From an uncultured Acidobacteriota bacterium (GTDB lineage Bacteria; Acidobacteriota; Blastocatellia; RBC074), in the NCBI GenBank assembly GCA_963796275.1, contig CAWCKY010000001.1:192001-256000 (forward strand): a stretch of DNA of 64,000 nt, written 5' to 3'. Positions 40,570 through 50,560 of the stretch are shown here, piece after piece. The notes beneath the pieces were generated by a model. It saw only the letters and a program-made list of their open reading frames with translations, was not told the origin of the DNA and did not search any database. Numbering within the stretch: position 1 is the stretch's first letter; the number at the start of each line of letters is the position of its first letter. A program made the position numbers and the translations under genes.

Positions 40570-43500
40570 TCAAAAGATCAACTTCAATCCTAACTGCATC
40601 TGCCGCATCGGCGCTACAAGGTTGGAGATTGATCCCGGGCCCCGTGTAATACCGGCCTGCGTCGGAAACGCCCCGCCTGCGGTACTCGGCAGAAATTCAG
40701 GCGCCGAGCTAAGCGCTGCATTCGGCACGGCAAACTGTGGCGTATTGAACAAATTGAAGACCTCCCAGCGGAATTGTAGCCGCATCTTTTCCGTAAACCT
40801 GATATTCTTAAATAACGAGAAATCAAGGCTCTTGTATCCCGGGCCTTCCAAAACGCTCTGGCCTGAACTCCCGTAATGACAGAACTGAGACAAATATTTA
40901 TTGCGCGCATCTCCCGCCGCGGTCATCTTGTCGCCTGGCTGTAAGCATGTCACCACGCGGAAAGCGTCGGGATCGAACCATTTGTCGATAGTCGGCTCGT
41001 CCAGTTTGCCGCTGCTCAACCGGTCAGGGCGCGCAGGCGCCTCGCCTGTGTTGATGGTGTTATTCTGCGATACCGTGAAGGGCAATCCCGAGCGTAGCGT
41101 GACGATGCCGTTAGTCTGCCATCCGCCGAAGATATGTTTCAACCCGTTATATTTGAAAGCAGAGATAACCGGCAATTCGTAGAGGAAGCTGATCACGGCG
41201 CTGTGCCTGAAATCAAAACCGTAACGAGCCTTTTCGGCTGCGCGGTTACGCGGGTTCTGATAAGTATTCTGCGTAGCACCGCCTGACTCATTGCGCCCGT
41301 ACCCCTCCCCCATCGCTTTGCTGTAGGTGTAAGCGAAATTCATTTGGAAACCATGGCTTAGACGTTTCTGCGCGTTTACCTGCATGGCGTGGTACCACGA
41401 ATTGGCGTTCGAATCGAGCAGTCGCAGACGCAACAGCTGGCGGCGCGGTCCATCGGGCCCGTCGATAAAGAACGGAATCGGGCGCCTCGTGTTCGGTAGT
41501 GCCAAATCGGGATCGGGCGAATTGAGTTCCACTGTGTTGTCGATATGGGTGCCTTTATTACCGACATAGCCGACAGACAGCACCGCATCGAACGGCAGAC
41601 GCCGCTGTATGTCGAGGCTCCACTGACTGATATACGGCTGATTATTCTTTTCATCGAGCATGTTCAGGCCGGTTGCGCGTGTATTGTCAATGGTTCCGAA
41701 CGGAGCGGAGTATGTTAAAACTGGATCCACCGGGGGATTATTGATTACGCCGCCTGTACCGAGGTTGTCGAATGTGGCCGTTCCCGATTTCGGCGGATTC
41801 AGGTTGAGGATCGAGAAGTTGTTCAACTGATGGACGTTGTAGTAAATGCCGAAGCCCGCTCGCATCACCCAATTCTCGGTCCAGCGATAAGCCAGCCCGA
41901 TTCTCGGCATAAAGATATTTTTCGGCGCATCGTAAAATTCAAACGGCGTGTCGATCGCCGGAATCAGCGTCGGTAGACCATCGGTCAACGTCGTGAAACT
42001 GAGACTGCGCCATAATCCATCGATGTCAGTTGCTGATGAGTTGTACTCCCAACGCAAGCCCAGATTCAGCGTCAGCTTGCGCGTCGCCTTCCAATCGGTA
42101 AGCCCGTAGAGCGCAATTCGGTTCTGCCGCACGTCGGTGAGCGGCAATCCTTCAGGGGTTGACGTGCTGCTCGGATAACCGAGCAAAAATGCCGCGAATC
42201 CAGTGCCCGCGATGTTACCGCTGAAATTCAAACCTCCTCGCGGTACGTTTGCTGCGCCGCGGTAAAGCGCTACGCGGCGAAAATCGAATCCGAATTTTAT
42301 ATTGTGCGCTCCGCGGCTCCACGTCAGATTGTCGCTCACTTGATGCAGGTTGTTGAAGTCGAAACCATTGCCGCCGTCCTGCTCGGCGAGCACGGAGAAA
42401 CCGTTGATCGTGATCGTGGGCAATCCCGTCTCGCGCGGCGTGAATTTGCGATTGCCGTCATTGACCACGCGGAAGCCGTTCAGCCCCAGCGCTTCGGGAT
42501 CGAAGTCGGTGTTTGCCCGCGGATTGAGCGTGTCGTTTACCGATCGGTTGTACCCGTACCGCAGTTCATTGATCAGATTCGGATTGAAGATGTGAATCCA
42601 GGCCAGCGCCACGTTATGATTGCGCCCCTCTACGAAATAAGAAAAGTTGGGGTTATCACCGGGAAGCACGTTATAAGTAACGTCATTGAAAGCATACCTG
42701 ACGAAAATTTTATCCCCCTCCAAAAAATTGTGGTCGACGCGGGTGAAGAACTGATGATCATCGATTGTGCGCCGTTCGAAGCCTGTGAAATTGATGCCGG
42801 TTAGCGGATCAGGATTGTCTCGCTGCGGTTCGGGCCAGTACTTCATCAATTCTTTCGCGACCGGAGAGATTCTGTCGTCTGGGATGATGTTTCCTTCGAA
42901 TGGGTCACCGGTAAGAGGATCCACGATCTCTATCTTCTCCGCCGGCCGGCCTTGTGCATCGACCCGATTCAGCAGCGAACTGAAATCGCCCCGTCTAAAC
43001 GCGAGCGAAGGATGATTGGCTGTTTGCGCAAGATTCCCCTGGCGGCGCGTGCGCGCTTCGTAATTGGCCATAAAGAAAGTTTTGTTCGCGCCGTCGTAGA
43101 TTTTCGGAATACGAACCGGCCCGGTCAGCACACCGCCGAAATTATTCTGTCTGAGCGAATCCTTGGTAGAGCGCGGCGCGCCGGGGGCGTTGAAGTAGTT
43201 CTGGAAGAAATTCTCGGCGTCGAAGATGTCATTGCGAAGGAATTCGAATGCCGAGCCGTGCAAGTCGTTGCCTCCGGATTTCGTCACGATTACCACCTGC
43301 GCGCCGGAGTTGAAACCGTACTCGGCGGAGTAGCTGCCCGATAGCACGCGGAACTCCTGCACGGCTTCAGGCGAAGGGCTGAATGGGATCGTATTGACGC
43401 GCGCCTCGGTCGCCACGACTCCATCGATCGTGCCGTGCCCATTCGTTTCGCGCTGGCCATTGGCCACGAACGAGAGGCCGATGCCGGGAATCGGAATACC

Positions 43501-44067
43501 GTGCGAGCCCTGGCGTTGTCCGAAGCCCTGACCGTCCGTTCCGCTGCGCGGGCCGTATTGCACACCGGGCTGCAGAATCGCGAGCGCCCCGAGGTTACGG
43601 TTGTTGAGAGGCAGCTCCTCGACGCGTCTCTGCTCGACAGTCTGGCCGAGCGTCGCGTCGTCGGTGCGCAGCGTCGCCGCTTCAGCGGTCACTTCCACCC
43701 GCTCATTTGTCGCGCCGACTTGCAGGGTGAAGTCCATGCGCACCTTCTCGTTGATTGCGAGAACGATGTCGCGGCGGATCTCCTGCTTGAATCCTTGCAC
43801 ATCGACGGTCAGGTCATAGACTCCGACATCGAGCAGGGGGAAGCTGAAATCACCGGTAGATGAGGTGACAACCTCGCGCTTGACGCCCGTCCGCGTATTG
43901 ATGGCGGTCACCTTGGCGCCTGACAGTATCGCGCCCGAAGCATCGGAAACCGTCCCCAGGATCGTGGTAGATGTCGTTTGCGCTGAAATCGAAATGCAGA
44001 GGGTGGATAAAGAAAGCAGGCACCGGCAGAACCACCGCCGACCTTGCCTCGCGACATTGTTGGTCAT
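40570..44067 (-). CDS. TonB-dependent receptor (Oar-like, carboxypeptidase-regulatory-like N-domain)
   Basis: ILGTVSDASGA, VEELPLNNRN, VQEFRV, TKSGGNDLHGSAFEFLRN and C-terminal RQMQLGLKLIF; GGAGG RBS before 44067. Confidence 0.93.
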   Translation of the reverse strand: MTNNVARQGRRWFCRCLLSLSTLCISISAQTTSTTILGTVSDASGAILSGAKVTAINTRTGVKREVVTSSTGDFSFPLLDVGVYDLTVDVQGFKQEIRRDIVLAINEKVRMDFTLQVGATNERVEVTAEAATLRTDDATLGQTVEQRRVEELPLNNRNLGALAILQPGVQYGPRSGTDGQGFGQRQGSHGIPIPGIGLSFVANGQRETNGHGTIDGVVATEARVNTIPFSPSPEAVQEFRVLSGSYSAEYGFNSGAQVVIVTKSGGNDLHGSAFEFLRNDIFDAENFFQNYFNAPGAPRSTKDSLRQNNFGGVLTGPVRIPKIYDGANKTFFMANYEARTRRQGNLAQTANHPSLAFRRGDFSSLLNRVDAQGRPAEKIEIVDPLTGDPFEGNIIPDDRISPVAKELMKYWPEPQRDNPDPLTGINFTGFERRTIDDHQFFTRVDHNFLEGDKIFVRYAFNDVTYNVLPGDNPNFSYFVEGRNHNVALAWIHIFNPNLINELRYGYNRSVNDTLNPRANTDFDPEALGLNGFRVVNDGNRKFTPRETGLPTITINGFSVLAEQDGGNGFDFNNLHQVSDNLTWSRGAHNIKFGFDFRRVALYRGAANVPRGGLNFSGNIAGTGFAAFLLGYPSSTSTPEGLPLTDVRQNRIALYGLTDWKATRKLTLNLGLRWEYNSSATDIDGLWRSLSFTTLTDGLPTLIPAIDTPFEFYDAPKNIFMPRIGLAYRWTENWVMRAGFGIYYNVHQLNNFSILNLNPPKSGTATFDNLGTGGVINNPPVDPVLTYSAPFGTIDNTRATGLNMLDEKNNQPYISQWSLDIQRRLPFDAVLSVGYVGNKGTHIDNTVELNSPDPDLALPNTRRPIPFFIDGPDGPRRQLLRLRLLDSNANSWYHAMQVNAQKRLSHGFQMNFAYTYSKAMGEGYGRNESGGATQNTYQNPRNRAAEKARYGFDFRHSAVISFLYELPVISAFKYNGLKHIFGGWQTNGIVTLRSGLPFTVSQNNTINTGEAPARPDRLSSGKLDEPTIDKWFDPDAFRVVTCLQPGDKMTAAGDARNKYLSQFCHYGSSGQSVLEGPGYKSLDFSLFKNIRFTEKMRLQFRWEVFNLFNTPQFAVPNAALSSAPEFLPSTAGGAFPTQAGITRGPGSISNLVAPMRQMQLGLKLIF

Positions 44068-44238
44068 AAGCAAGCCTCCGATTAGATCGACATTTTTAAA
44101 AGTGTGATGCTGGTGCCAATTAGGTGAAAACACCATACTATCCGCTCACCAAAGCGTCAAGTTGACATATACGAATCGAGCGTCATTCCGTATAATCACG
44201 GCGATACGATCAATCCCAATAAAACAAGGACGGTGCCA

Positions 44239-44706
44239 ATGGATTCGCAAAGAAGACGAATAATGAAAGCAGCGGCTGTCACCGCTATCGCCGCTCCGGC
44301 GGCCAAGGCCGCGGGCAGCCAATCGAGCAACTCCCAATCCCCGAAGAAAAAAGTGCATTATCGGGGCGGAAAAAAACCTGAGAAAACGCCGCTCTTTTCC
44401 GGGGCAGTCTCTTACGGCAATCTGCTTTTCATCTCCGGTAAAGGCGCTCACTTCAAGGGCGATATCAAGGAGCACACGAAACACGTGCTCGATGAGATCG
44501 AGAAGGAGTTGGTCAATGCCGGGTCTTCGATGGACAAGGTTCTCAAATGCAATGTCTATCTTAACGATCTGAAAGATTACCAGGCGATGAACGAAGTGTT
44601 CCGCGGGCGATTCGGCGAAGAGCCTCCGGTTCGTACCACGATCGCAGCGGCCGGCGGCATCCCAGGCGATTCGCTCGTCGAGATCGACGTAATCGCTTAT
44701 ATATGA
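44239..44706 (+). CDS. RidA/YjgF family protein with twin-arginine-like leader
   Basis: QRRRIMKAAAVTA leader; LFISGKG, VLKCNVYL, PPVRTT (catalytic Arg) and VEIDVIA. Confidence 0.9.
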   Translation: MDSQRRRIMKAAAVTAIAAPAAKAAGSQSSNSQSPKKKVHYRGGKKPEKTPLFSGAVSYGNLLFISGKGAHFKGDIKEHTKHVLDEIEKELVNAGSSMDKVLKCNVYLNDLKDYQAMNEVFRGRFGEEPPVRTTIAAAGGIPGDSLVEIDVIAYI

Positions 44707-44799
44707 AAAAGGAAGCAAAAATAGCGAAAGTTGCAAAAAGGCAAAAAGCCAGGACTTTTTGCCTCTTTTGCCTTATTTGACCCATTGCTTTCCTTTTCC
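44705..44799. repeat. Nonamer-periodic imperfect inverted repeat (GCAAAAA.. / ..TTTTGCC)
   Basis: gcaaaaatagcgaaagttgcaaaaaggcaaaaag...ctttttgcctcttttgccttatttg. Confidence 0.6.
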
Positions 44800-44818
44800 A
44801 TCCTGAGGTGGAGGAATC

Positions 44819-45967
44819 ATGGAACGCAGAGAATTCGTCAAACTCCTTGCCGCAACCCCGATCGCTTCGCGGATTCACGCTGAGGAGCCCAGAGAGATAC
44901 CGAAATACAAGATCGTCAGCACTTACAAACCAGCCGCTCACCCGGGTATGCCGGGGCCGTATCCGGGTAAAGTCATCAGCATCAAATCAGCCAATTGCCT
45001 AAACGAAACGGGCGAGCAGATCAATGCTGAAGTCGTGCGCGAGATGATGGAGCGCGGCATGCGCGAGTTGACGGGAGAGGCGAAAACGATCGATGCGTGG
45101 CGCCGCTTCATCGGGCCGGATGACGTGGTCGGCATCAAGGTCAACGTCAACGGCTATCCGTGGGTCTTTTCTACGCATCCGGTCGTTGCCGAGGTCGTCC
45201 GTAACCTGATGGATATAGGGGTAAAACCGCCGCAGATCTACGTCTACGACCGTTTTCAGGACCAGTTGGATAGGGTGAATTACGCTCCGCATTTGCCGGA
45301 AGGCGTGAACTACGTTGCCGCCGAAGCCGGGAACCGGCGCCTCGATAACAGCAACTACGATCAGCTGACTTATGTTGAGGCCGACATGTTCGGCGAAGAG
45401 GATACGCGCTCGAATATGATGAAGCTCATCTCGCAGAAGCTAACGAAGATCATCAACATCCCGAATATAAAAGATCACGGCGCTACCGGGGCCACGGGAT
45501 GTCTGAAAAATATCGCTTACGGCGGCTTCTCAAATGTCGCGCGCACACATTCCAACGGCGTCTCACACACGTATTCGTTCGTCGGCACCCTGGCCGCCGT
45601 CGAGCCGATTCGGTCGCGGACGGTCCTCCAAATCATGGATGGTTTGCGCGGCGTGTGGCACGGAGGGCCGTTTGCCCGAACGCTCAAATACGTTTTCTTT
45701 CCCAAGCAGATGATGTTCGGGACCGACCCCGTGTCCATCGACCGTCTGCTGCTCGATATCATCGATAATGAACGGAAGTCGCGCGGCGCGATCTCTATCT
45801 GGGATCGTTCGGAGAAGTTTCTGAATACGGACGATGTTCGGGCTCGCGATAATGATCCGAACGTCAATATCATTATCAGAGAACCGGGTCACGTGGAATA
45901 CGCGGCAAAGCTGGGGCTTGGAATTTCCGATCTCGATAAGATCAGTCTCAAGGAGATCGAAGTATGA
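44819..45967 (+). CDS. DUF362 domain protein with Tat signal
   Basis: MERREFVK, DVVGIKVN, IINIPNIKDH, TGCLKN and GTDPVSID. Confidence 0.85.
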   Translation: MERREFVKLLAATPIASRIHAEEPREIPKYKIVSTYKPAAHPGMPGPYPGKVISIKSANCLNETGEQINAEVVREMMERGMRELTGEAKTIDAWRRFIGPDDVVGIKVNVNGYPWVFSTHPVVAEVVRNLMDIGVKPPQIYVYDRFQDQLDRVNYAPHLPEGVNYVAAEAGNRRLDNSNYDQLTYVEADMFGEEDTRSNMMKLISQKLTKIINIPNIKDHGATGATGCLKNIAYGGFSNVARTHSNGVSHTYSFVGTLAAVEPIRSRTVLQIMDGLRGVWHGGPFARTLKYVFFPKQMMFGTDPVSIDRLLLDIIDNERKSRGAISIWDRSEKFLNTDDVRARDNDPNVNIIIREPGHVEYAAKLGLGISDLDKISLKEIEV

Positions 45968-47046
45968 GTTTGCCCTTGTTGCCCCTCTTGCTCCGTTTGC
46001 CCCGTTTGCCACGGGTGCCCGTGTTGATATTGATTTACGCATTTGTTCTGAACGTACCGGTTGGGGAATCTTTACTTTATGGACAAGTGAAGGGACCTGA
46101 AGATTCTCCGCATCAATTACCCTATATTTATTGGCCATATGGAATTGATACCGCTCAGGCGTTGAAAGAGGCGGGAATAAAAGAAATTTGCGTTCCGGAC
46201 GATCAGGCAAAGGCATGGCGCGCAGCAGGATTTAAGACGCTGACCAACAGTTACTTGAGATTCGAGCAACGCGAAAAATTGCTGGTCCCCGGCATCGTCA
46301 GACGCGCCAATGTGGCTTCAGCGACAAGCCGCCCCTGGATAGATGCCAATGGGTGGCGATTTATAAGGAACTCGGCCGGCAAGTTTTATTATGAATTGCC
46401 GTCCGGCAAAGGCAGCCTTGCCGCTGCCGAAGCATTCGCCTACAAGGGAGATGCAGTTTTAAAGATCGATCAGGCCGACCTTGAAGAAGTCGGAAAAATG
46501 CTGAAATTCCAGCGCGGCTTACCGGGAAATAATCTACCGGTAGTTGCCGATATCGCGGTAGTTGACGATAGATCTCCGCTGACCGGAGAGGTAATGAATC
46601 TGCTTGCTCGCCGCAACCTGCTGTTTAAAATCGTCGATGCGCCGTCGCCTCAGTATCCCATCAACATCAAAATCGGAACGAAAGAATTTCCCGAATCTGA
46701 CGCAGCCGACCCCAGCGACTTCGCGCAAAAGATTCGCCGCCGGCTCACTGATGAGAGAAGAACTCTGCGAATATATGGCAATGAAGTAGTCATCTGCCGC
46801 GTTACCGGCGATAAATCGCGCCTCAGGCTCCACCTCTTAAATTACAGCGGACGCGAAATCTCCGGCATGCGTGTTCGTTTGCGAGGAACTTACGGCAAGC
46901 CTCAGGTCAGAGCGTTCGGGTACGACCAGATCGAGCCCGAAGATATCGAAGTCGCCGGGGGCGCGACCGAATTCACAGTCCCGAAAATGGGTAACTATGC
47001 GATGGTCGATTTGCCGAGGATCGTTACCGGAAAACAAAATCGGTAA
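45964..47046 (+). CDS. Hypothetical exported protein
   Basis: ATGA overlap with the DUF362 stop, 360-aa ORF, hydrophobic N-terminus, beta-rich C-terminus (LHLLNY). Confidence 0.75.
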   Translation: MSLPLLPLLLRLPRLPRVPVLILIYAFVLNVPVGESLLYGQVKGPEDSPHQLPYIYWPYGIDTAQALKEAGIKEICVPDDQAKAWRAAGFKTLTNSYLRFEQREKLLVPGIVRRANVASATSRPWIDANGWRFIRNSAGKFYYELPSGKGSLAAAEAFAYKGDAVLKIDQADLEEVGKMLKFQRGLPGNNLPVVADIAVVDDRSPLTGEVMNLLARRNLLFKIVDAPSPQYPINIKIGTKEFPESDAADPSDFAQKIRRRLTDERRTLRIYGNEVVICRVTGDKSRLRLHLLNYSGREISGMRVRLRGTYGKPQVRAFGYDQIEPEDIEVAGGATEFTVPKMGNYAMVDLPRIVTGKQNR

Positions 47047-47223
47047 TGAGGCAACATCTATTTTTTTCTTTTTTGTTAGCTGTTTGCCTGCCGTCTCCGC
47101 TTCCGCTTTTCACCTCATAAGTATTTCTTTTTGCTGATTTTATGGACACAGAGTCTAATTCTGATATAATCCCCGCAATAAATTTCCCCCGTAGATTTCT
47201 GAAGAGGTATTCATTGTATTCCC

Positions 47224-47502
47224 ATGAAAACTGATTGGTTGTTTGGGCTGTATTTCGGACTCGTTGGATCACTTGTAAAGCTTCTGATTTTTGATTCAGT
47301 CACCCCATACAAGCCGACAGCTTACAGCAGTTCGATATTGGTCACGCTTCTGATTGCCTACCCTATATTCATATGGGGGAGCAAGCAGCCGAAGACTCGG
47401 TGGGGCCATGGCGGTAAAGAATGGACCTTCACCGGGTGGACGTTGTTAAGTGTGATGGGGGCTGCCTTATCTTTTCTTGTCGGCATCATCGTCCTCGAAT
47501 AG
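47224..47502 (+). CDS. Small membrane protein (about 3 TM)
   Basis: 92-aa hydrophobic ORF in an intergenic gap. Confidence 0.5.
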   Translation: MKTDWLFGLYFGLVGSLVKLLIFDSVTPYKPTAYSSSILVTLLIAYPIFIWGSKQPKTRWGHGGKEWTFTGWTLLSVMGAALSFLVGIIVLE

Positions 47503-47517
47503 CCGATGGGCAGGCTA

Positions 47518-48588
47518 TCAGGGATAGACTCGAATCATCTTCCAATCCTGACTTGTATCCGGGAGAAAAAAGATCACTTCGGTGATCAGATATTTCTTTA
47601 TCAATTTTCTAGTCCTATCGATTCCGAGAACAAAGAAGACGTTATCCAAAGCATCGCCTGCTGTGCCTGTATCTGTCAGTACGGCGACGCTTAGCAGGCC
47701 TTGCACTGGCATTCCCGTGCGCGGATCCATAATGTGCGAATATCGCACCCCGTTGACTTCGAAAAATTTTTCATAACTGCCCGAGATCGAGAGCGCCCGG
47801 TTATTCAAGTTGACAGTTAAGGCAAATTTTTTGTTATCGACCGGGTCTTGAATCTTGATCTCCCAGCCCGATGAATCCGGTGGCGAACCGAGCCCATAGA
47901 TCGTGCTGCCGCCTGCGTTGACCAATGCTCTTTCGATGCCGCGCGATTTAAGGAGGCGCACGGCGCGATCGACGGCATACCCTTTGGCAATGCCTCCGAG
48001 GTCGAGTTCGATGCCAGCCATATCGAAGCGGACCGTCTTCTCATTATCATTGAGAATTATATGCTGGTAACCGGTGCTGCGCCGCGCGCTCGATAATTCA
48101 GAGTCCGAAGGCAGCCTGCCCTCATCGCGAAAGAAACCCCAGGCCTTCATCAGTGGGCCGACCGTGATATCAAATGCGCCGTCCGATTCGCGGCTGTACT
48201 TAATGCATTCCGAGATAAAATCGAATAACTCCGGCTCGACCCGGACCGGCCGTTTGGATGCTTCGCGATTGATTTTTGAAAGCTCGCTCTCCTTTTTGTA
48301 ATGGCTCATTAACCGGTCGATCCGGTCGATTTCATCAAGCGCCTCGTTCAATATCTTTTTCAGCTCATGTTCTTCGCGGCCGTATGCGACGATGCTGTAG
48401 GTGCATGCCATTGAGATGCGGCTCTCTTCAAAACGTATCGGTTTATCGTTCTGAGAACTGCTCTGAGTATTGTTTTGAAGGGAGAATATGAAACAGACGA
48501 AAATATAGGGAAAGAACGAAAAGGCGGGTATTTTTCGTTTGAATCGTTTATTTTCGTCCATGCCGTATTCTCTTTTGTCTTTCTCCAT
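47518..48588 (-). CDS. apbE: FAD:protein FMN transferase
   Basis: SMAC, GAFDITVGPL, LDLGGIAKGYAVD, HIMDPRTG and DAL; start may be 48561. Confidence 0.9.
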   Translation of the reverse strand: MEKDKREYGMDENKRFKRKIPAFSFFPYIFVCFIFSLQNNTQSSSQNDKPIRFEESRISMACTYSIVAYGREEHELKKILNEALDEIDRIDRLMSHYKKESELSKINREASKRPVRVEPELFDFISECIKYSRESDGAFDITVGPLMKAWGFFRDEGRLPSDSELSSARRSTGYQHIILNDNEKTVRFDMAGIELDLGGIAKGYAVDRAVRLLKSRGIERALVNAGGSTIYGLGSPPDSSGWEIKIQDPVDNKKFALTVNLNNRALSISGSYEKFFEVNGVRYSHIMDPRTGMPVQGLLSVAVLTDTGTAGDALDNVFFVLGIDRTRKLIKKYLITEVIFFLPDTSQDWKMIRVYP

Positions 48589-48686
48589 ATTGCGATGATG
48601 TCACATTTGAGAGAAGATGCGCACCAGAAAGGCATAAAGCTCAAATCATAAAGGACCCAGAAAAGGACCCATAAAGGACCGGCGAT

Positions 48687-49397
48687 ATGACAAAATTATA
48701 TCAATTTCTGTATCTCTTACTCACCGTCGTGATTTTACAAGGTTCGTCAAAAAATGAAGATCCCTCATTGATAAAAAGCTATCGCGTTCAATCAGACTTC
48801 GCACTCACGGCTGACCCTGAGTCAAAGTCTTGGAAGGAGATTAAAGGTGCGATCGCCGAACGCGGGCCGAGAGGTGATTTGACGCCGGGTCATCGCACAG
48901 AAATTCGTTCGCGCTGGTCCGAGAAAAATCTTTATCTGCTGTTCATCTGCCCTTACCAGGAGCTTTTCCTCAAGCCCGGACCGTCGACCACCGCCGAAAC
49001 CAACAAACTCTGGGAATGGGACGTAGCCGAGGTCTTCATCGGGACGGACTATCAGAACATCAAACGTTATACAGAGTTTCAGGTCTCGCCGCAGGGCGAA
49101 TGGGTCGATCTGGATATCGATCGCAACCCCAATCCGGCAGTCCACGATTGGCAATGGAATTCCGGATTTGAAGTAAAAGCCCGCATCGATGGCGAGAAGC
49201 GGATATGGTACGGTGAAATGCGCATCCCTCTTGCGAAGATCGATAAGCGCGCTCCGAAAACCGGCCTGGAGATGCGGATCAATTTTTATCGGTTCCAGGG
49301 ACCGCCGCCCGATCGCAAACGTATAGCGTGGCAACCGACCAAAACCGACAACTATCACGTCCCCGAAGCTTTCGGCCGTTTGATCCTGGAGAAATAG
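48687..49397 (+). CDS. Carbohydrate-binding family 9-like (DOMON-like) protein
   Basis: Signal peptide, LWEWDVAEVFI, EFQVSPQG, WYGEMRIP, RINFYR and HVPEAFG. Confidence 0.82.
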   Translation: MTKLYQFLYLLLTVVILQGSSKNEDPSLIKSYRVQSDFALTADPESKSWKEIKGAIAERGPRGDLTPGHRTEIRSRWSEKNLYLLFICPYQELFLKPGPSTTAETNKLWEWDVAEVFIGTDYQNIKRYTEFQVSPQGEWVDLDIDRNPNPAVHDWQWNSGFEVKARIDGEKRIWYGEMRIPLAKIDKRAPKTGLEMRINFYRFQGPPPDRKRIAWQPTKTDNYHVPEAFGRLILEK

Positions 49398-49402
49398 AGA
49401 TC

Positions 49403-50341
49403 GTGAAGTTCATACATCAGGCAGCTCCGTTACTATTAGCGATTTCACTGAGCTCGATTATTTACGCTCAATCACCCAAAAATTTACCGGGGTTCCCTTC
49501 GACCGTGGCCGATGGCGCCAAGCCCGTAGTAGTCTATGAAGAAGATGCGTTTTTCGAGGGACCAGCCTGGGACCCGGTGACCGGCAAACTCTACTTCACC
49601 GCATTCAAAAAGGATAACCAGCAGATACTCCGTCTGGATGGCAACAAGAAAGCCGTAGTCTGGATGGACAAGACGCAGGGCGTCAACGGAATGCGCACGT
49701 CGCGCAGTGGTCGTCTGCTGGGCGCGCAGGCATACGGTCACAACTTGTTGAGCATAAAGATAGGCGCCAGTGGGCCGGAAGATATGAAGAGCCTGACCGC
49801 GAACTTCCAGGGGCAGAAATACAATCAACCGAACGATCTGGCAGAAGCGCCTAACGGCGGGATTTACTATACCGACCCCGATTTTAAGGGAAAGGCACGA
49901 AGCGCAGTCTATTATTTGAGTTCCGAAGGAACGGCGAGCCGTATCATCACGCATTTGAAAATCCCCAACGGGATTGTGGTCTCGAATGATGGAAAGACTT
50001 TATACGTAGGCGACAGCTTCGAGAAGCGAATCTATTCCTATGCCATCAAGCCGGACGGTTCGGTCGATGAGGGAGCGGTCAAGATATTCTTCGATCCAGA
50101 GACGGACAATCGCAACGACCCCGATGGAATGTGTTCTGATGCCGAGGGCAATCTCTACTTCGCAATGCGCGGAGGGGTCTGGGTGGCCTCGCCGGAAGGT
50201 AAAACTCTGGGCTTCATTCCGATCCCTGAATTCACGAGCAACGTCGGGTTCGGCGGCAAAGACGGGAAAACGTTGTTTATGACTTGTGGAAAGAAAGTTT
50301 ACGCGCTGGAGATGAAGGTCAGAGGCTCGCAGTTTCGCTAA
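49403..50341 (+). CDS. SMP-30/gluconolactonase family protein, secreted
   Basis: EGPAWD, PNDL, PNGI and PDGM; signal peptide after GTG 49403. Confidence 0.9.
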   Translation: MKFIHQAAPLLLAISLSSIIYAQSPKNLPGFPSTVADGAKPVVVYEEDAFFEGPAWDPVTGKLYFTAFKKDNQQILRLDGNKKAVVWMDKTQGVNGMRTSRSGRLLGAQAYGHNLLSIKIGASGPEDMKSLTANFQGQKYNQPNDLAEAPNGGIYYTDPDFKGKARSAVYYLSSEGTASRIITHLKIPNGIVVSNDGKTLYVGDSFEKRIYSYAIKPDGSVDEGAVKIFFDPETDNRNDPDGMCSDAEGNLYFAMRGGVWVASPEGKTLGFIPIPEFTSNVGFGGKDGKTLFMTCGKKVYALEMKVRGSQFR

Positions 50342-50415
50342 TGGAAGGGCGAAAGGCAATAATTTGATTCTCGCTCCAGTTTACTTCTTCCGTTTGCCAC
50401 TTTTCGTCTTTCTGC

Positions 50416-50533
50416 TGCTAACGGATATTTGCTAACGGATATTGTGGATGTGAGTATTGTCCTCTCGCAGGCTAAATTGCATTGAAATAAGGACCATAAT
50501 CCCGAAGGGCAGATGCCACAAAATCCGTTAGCA
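50416..50533. repeat. Inverted-repeat-bounded intergenic element between convergent genes
   Basis: TGCTAACGGATATT duplicated in tandem (50416, 50430), pairing with CCACAAAATCCGTTAGCA (50516-50533). Confidence 0.6.
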
Positions 50534-50560
50534 CCAGTCGCCGTTTTGTTTCCTTTACTT

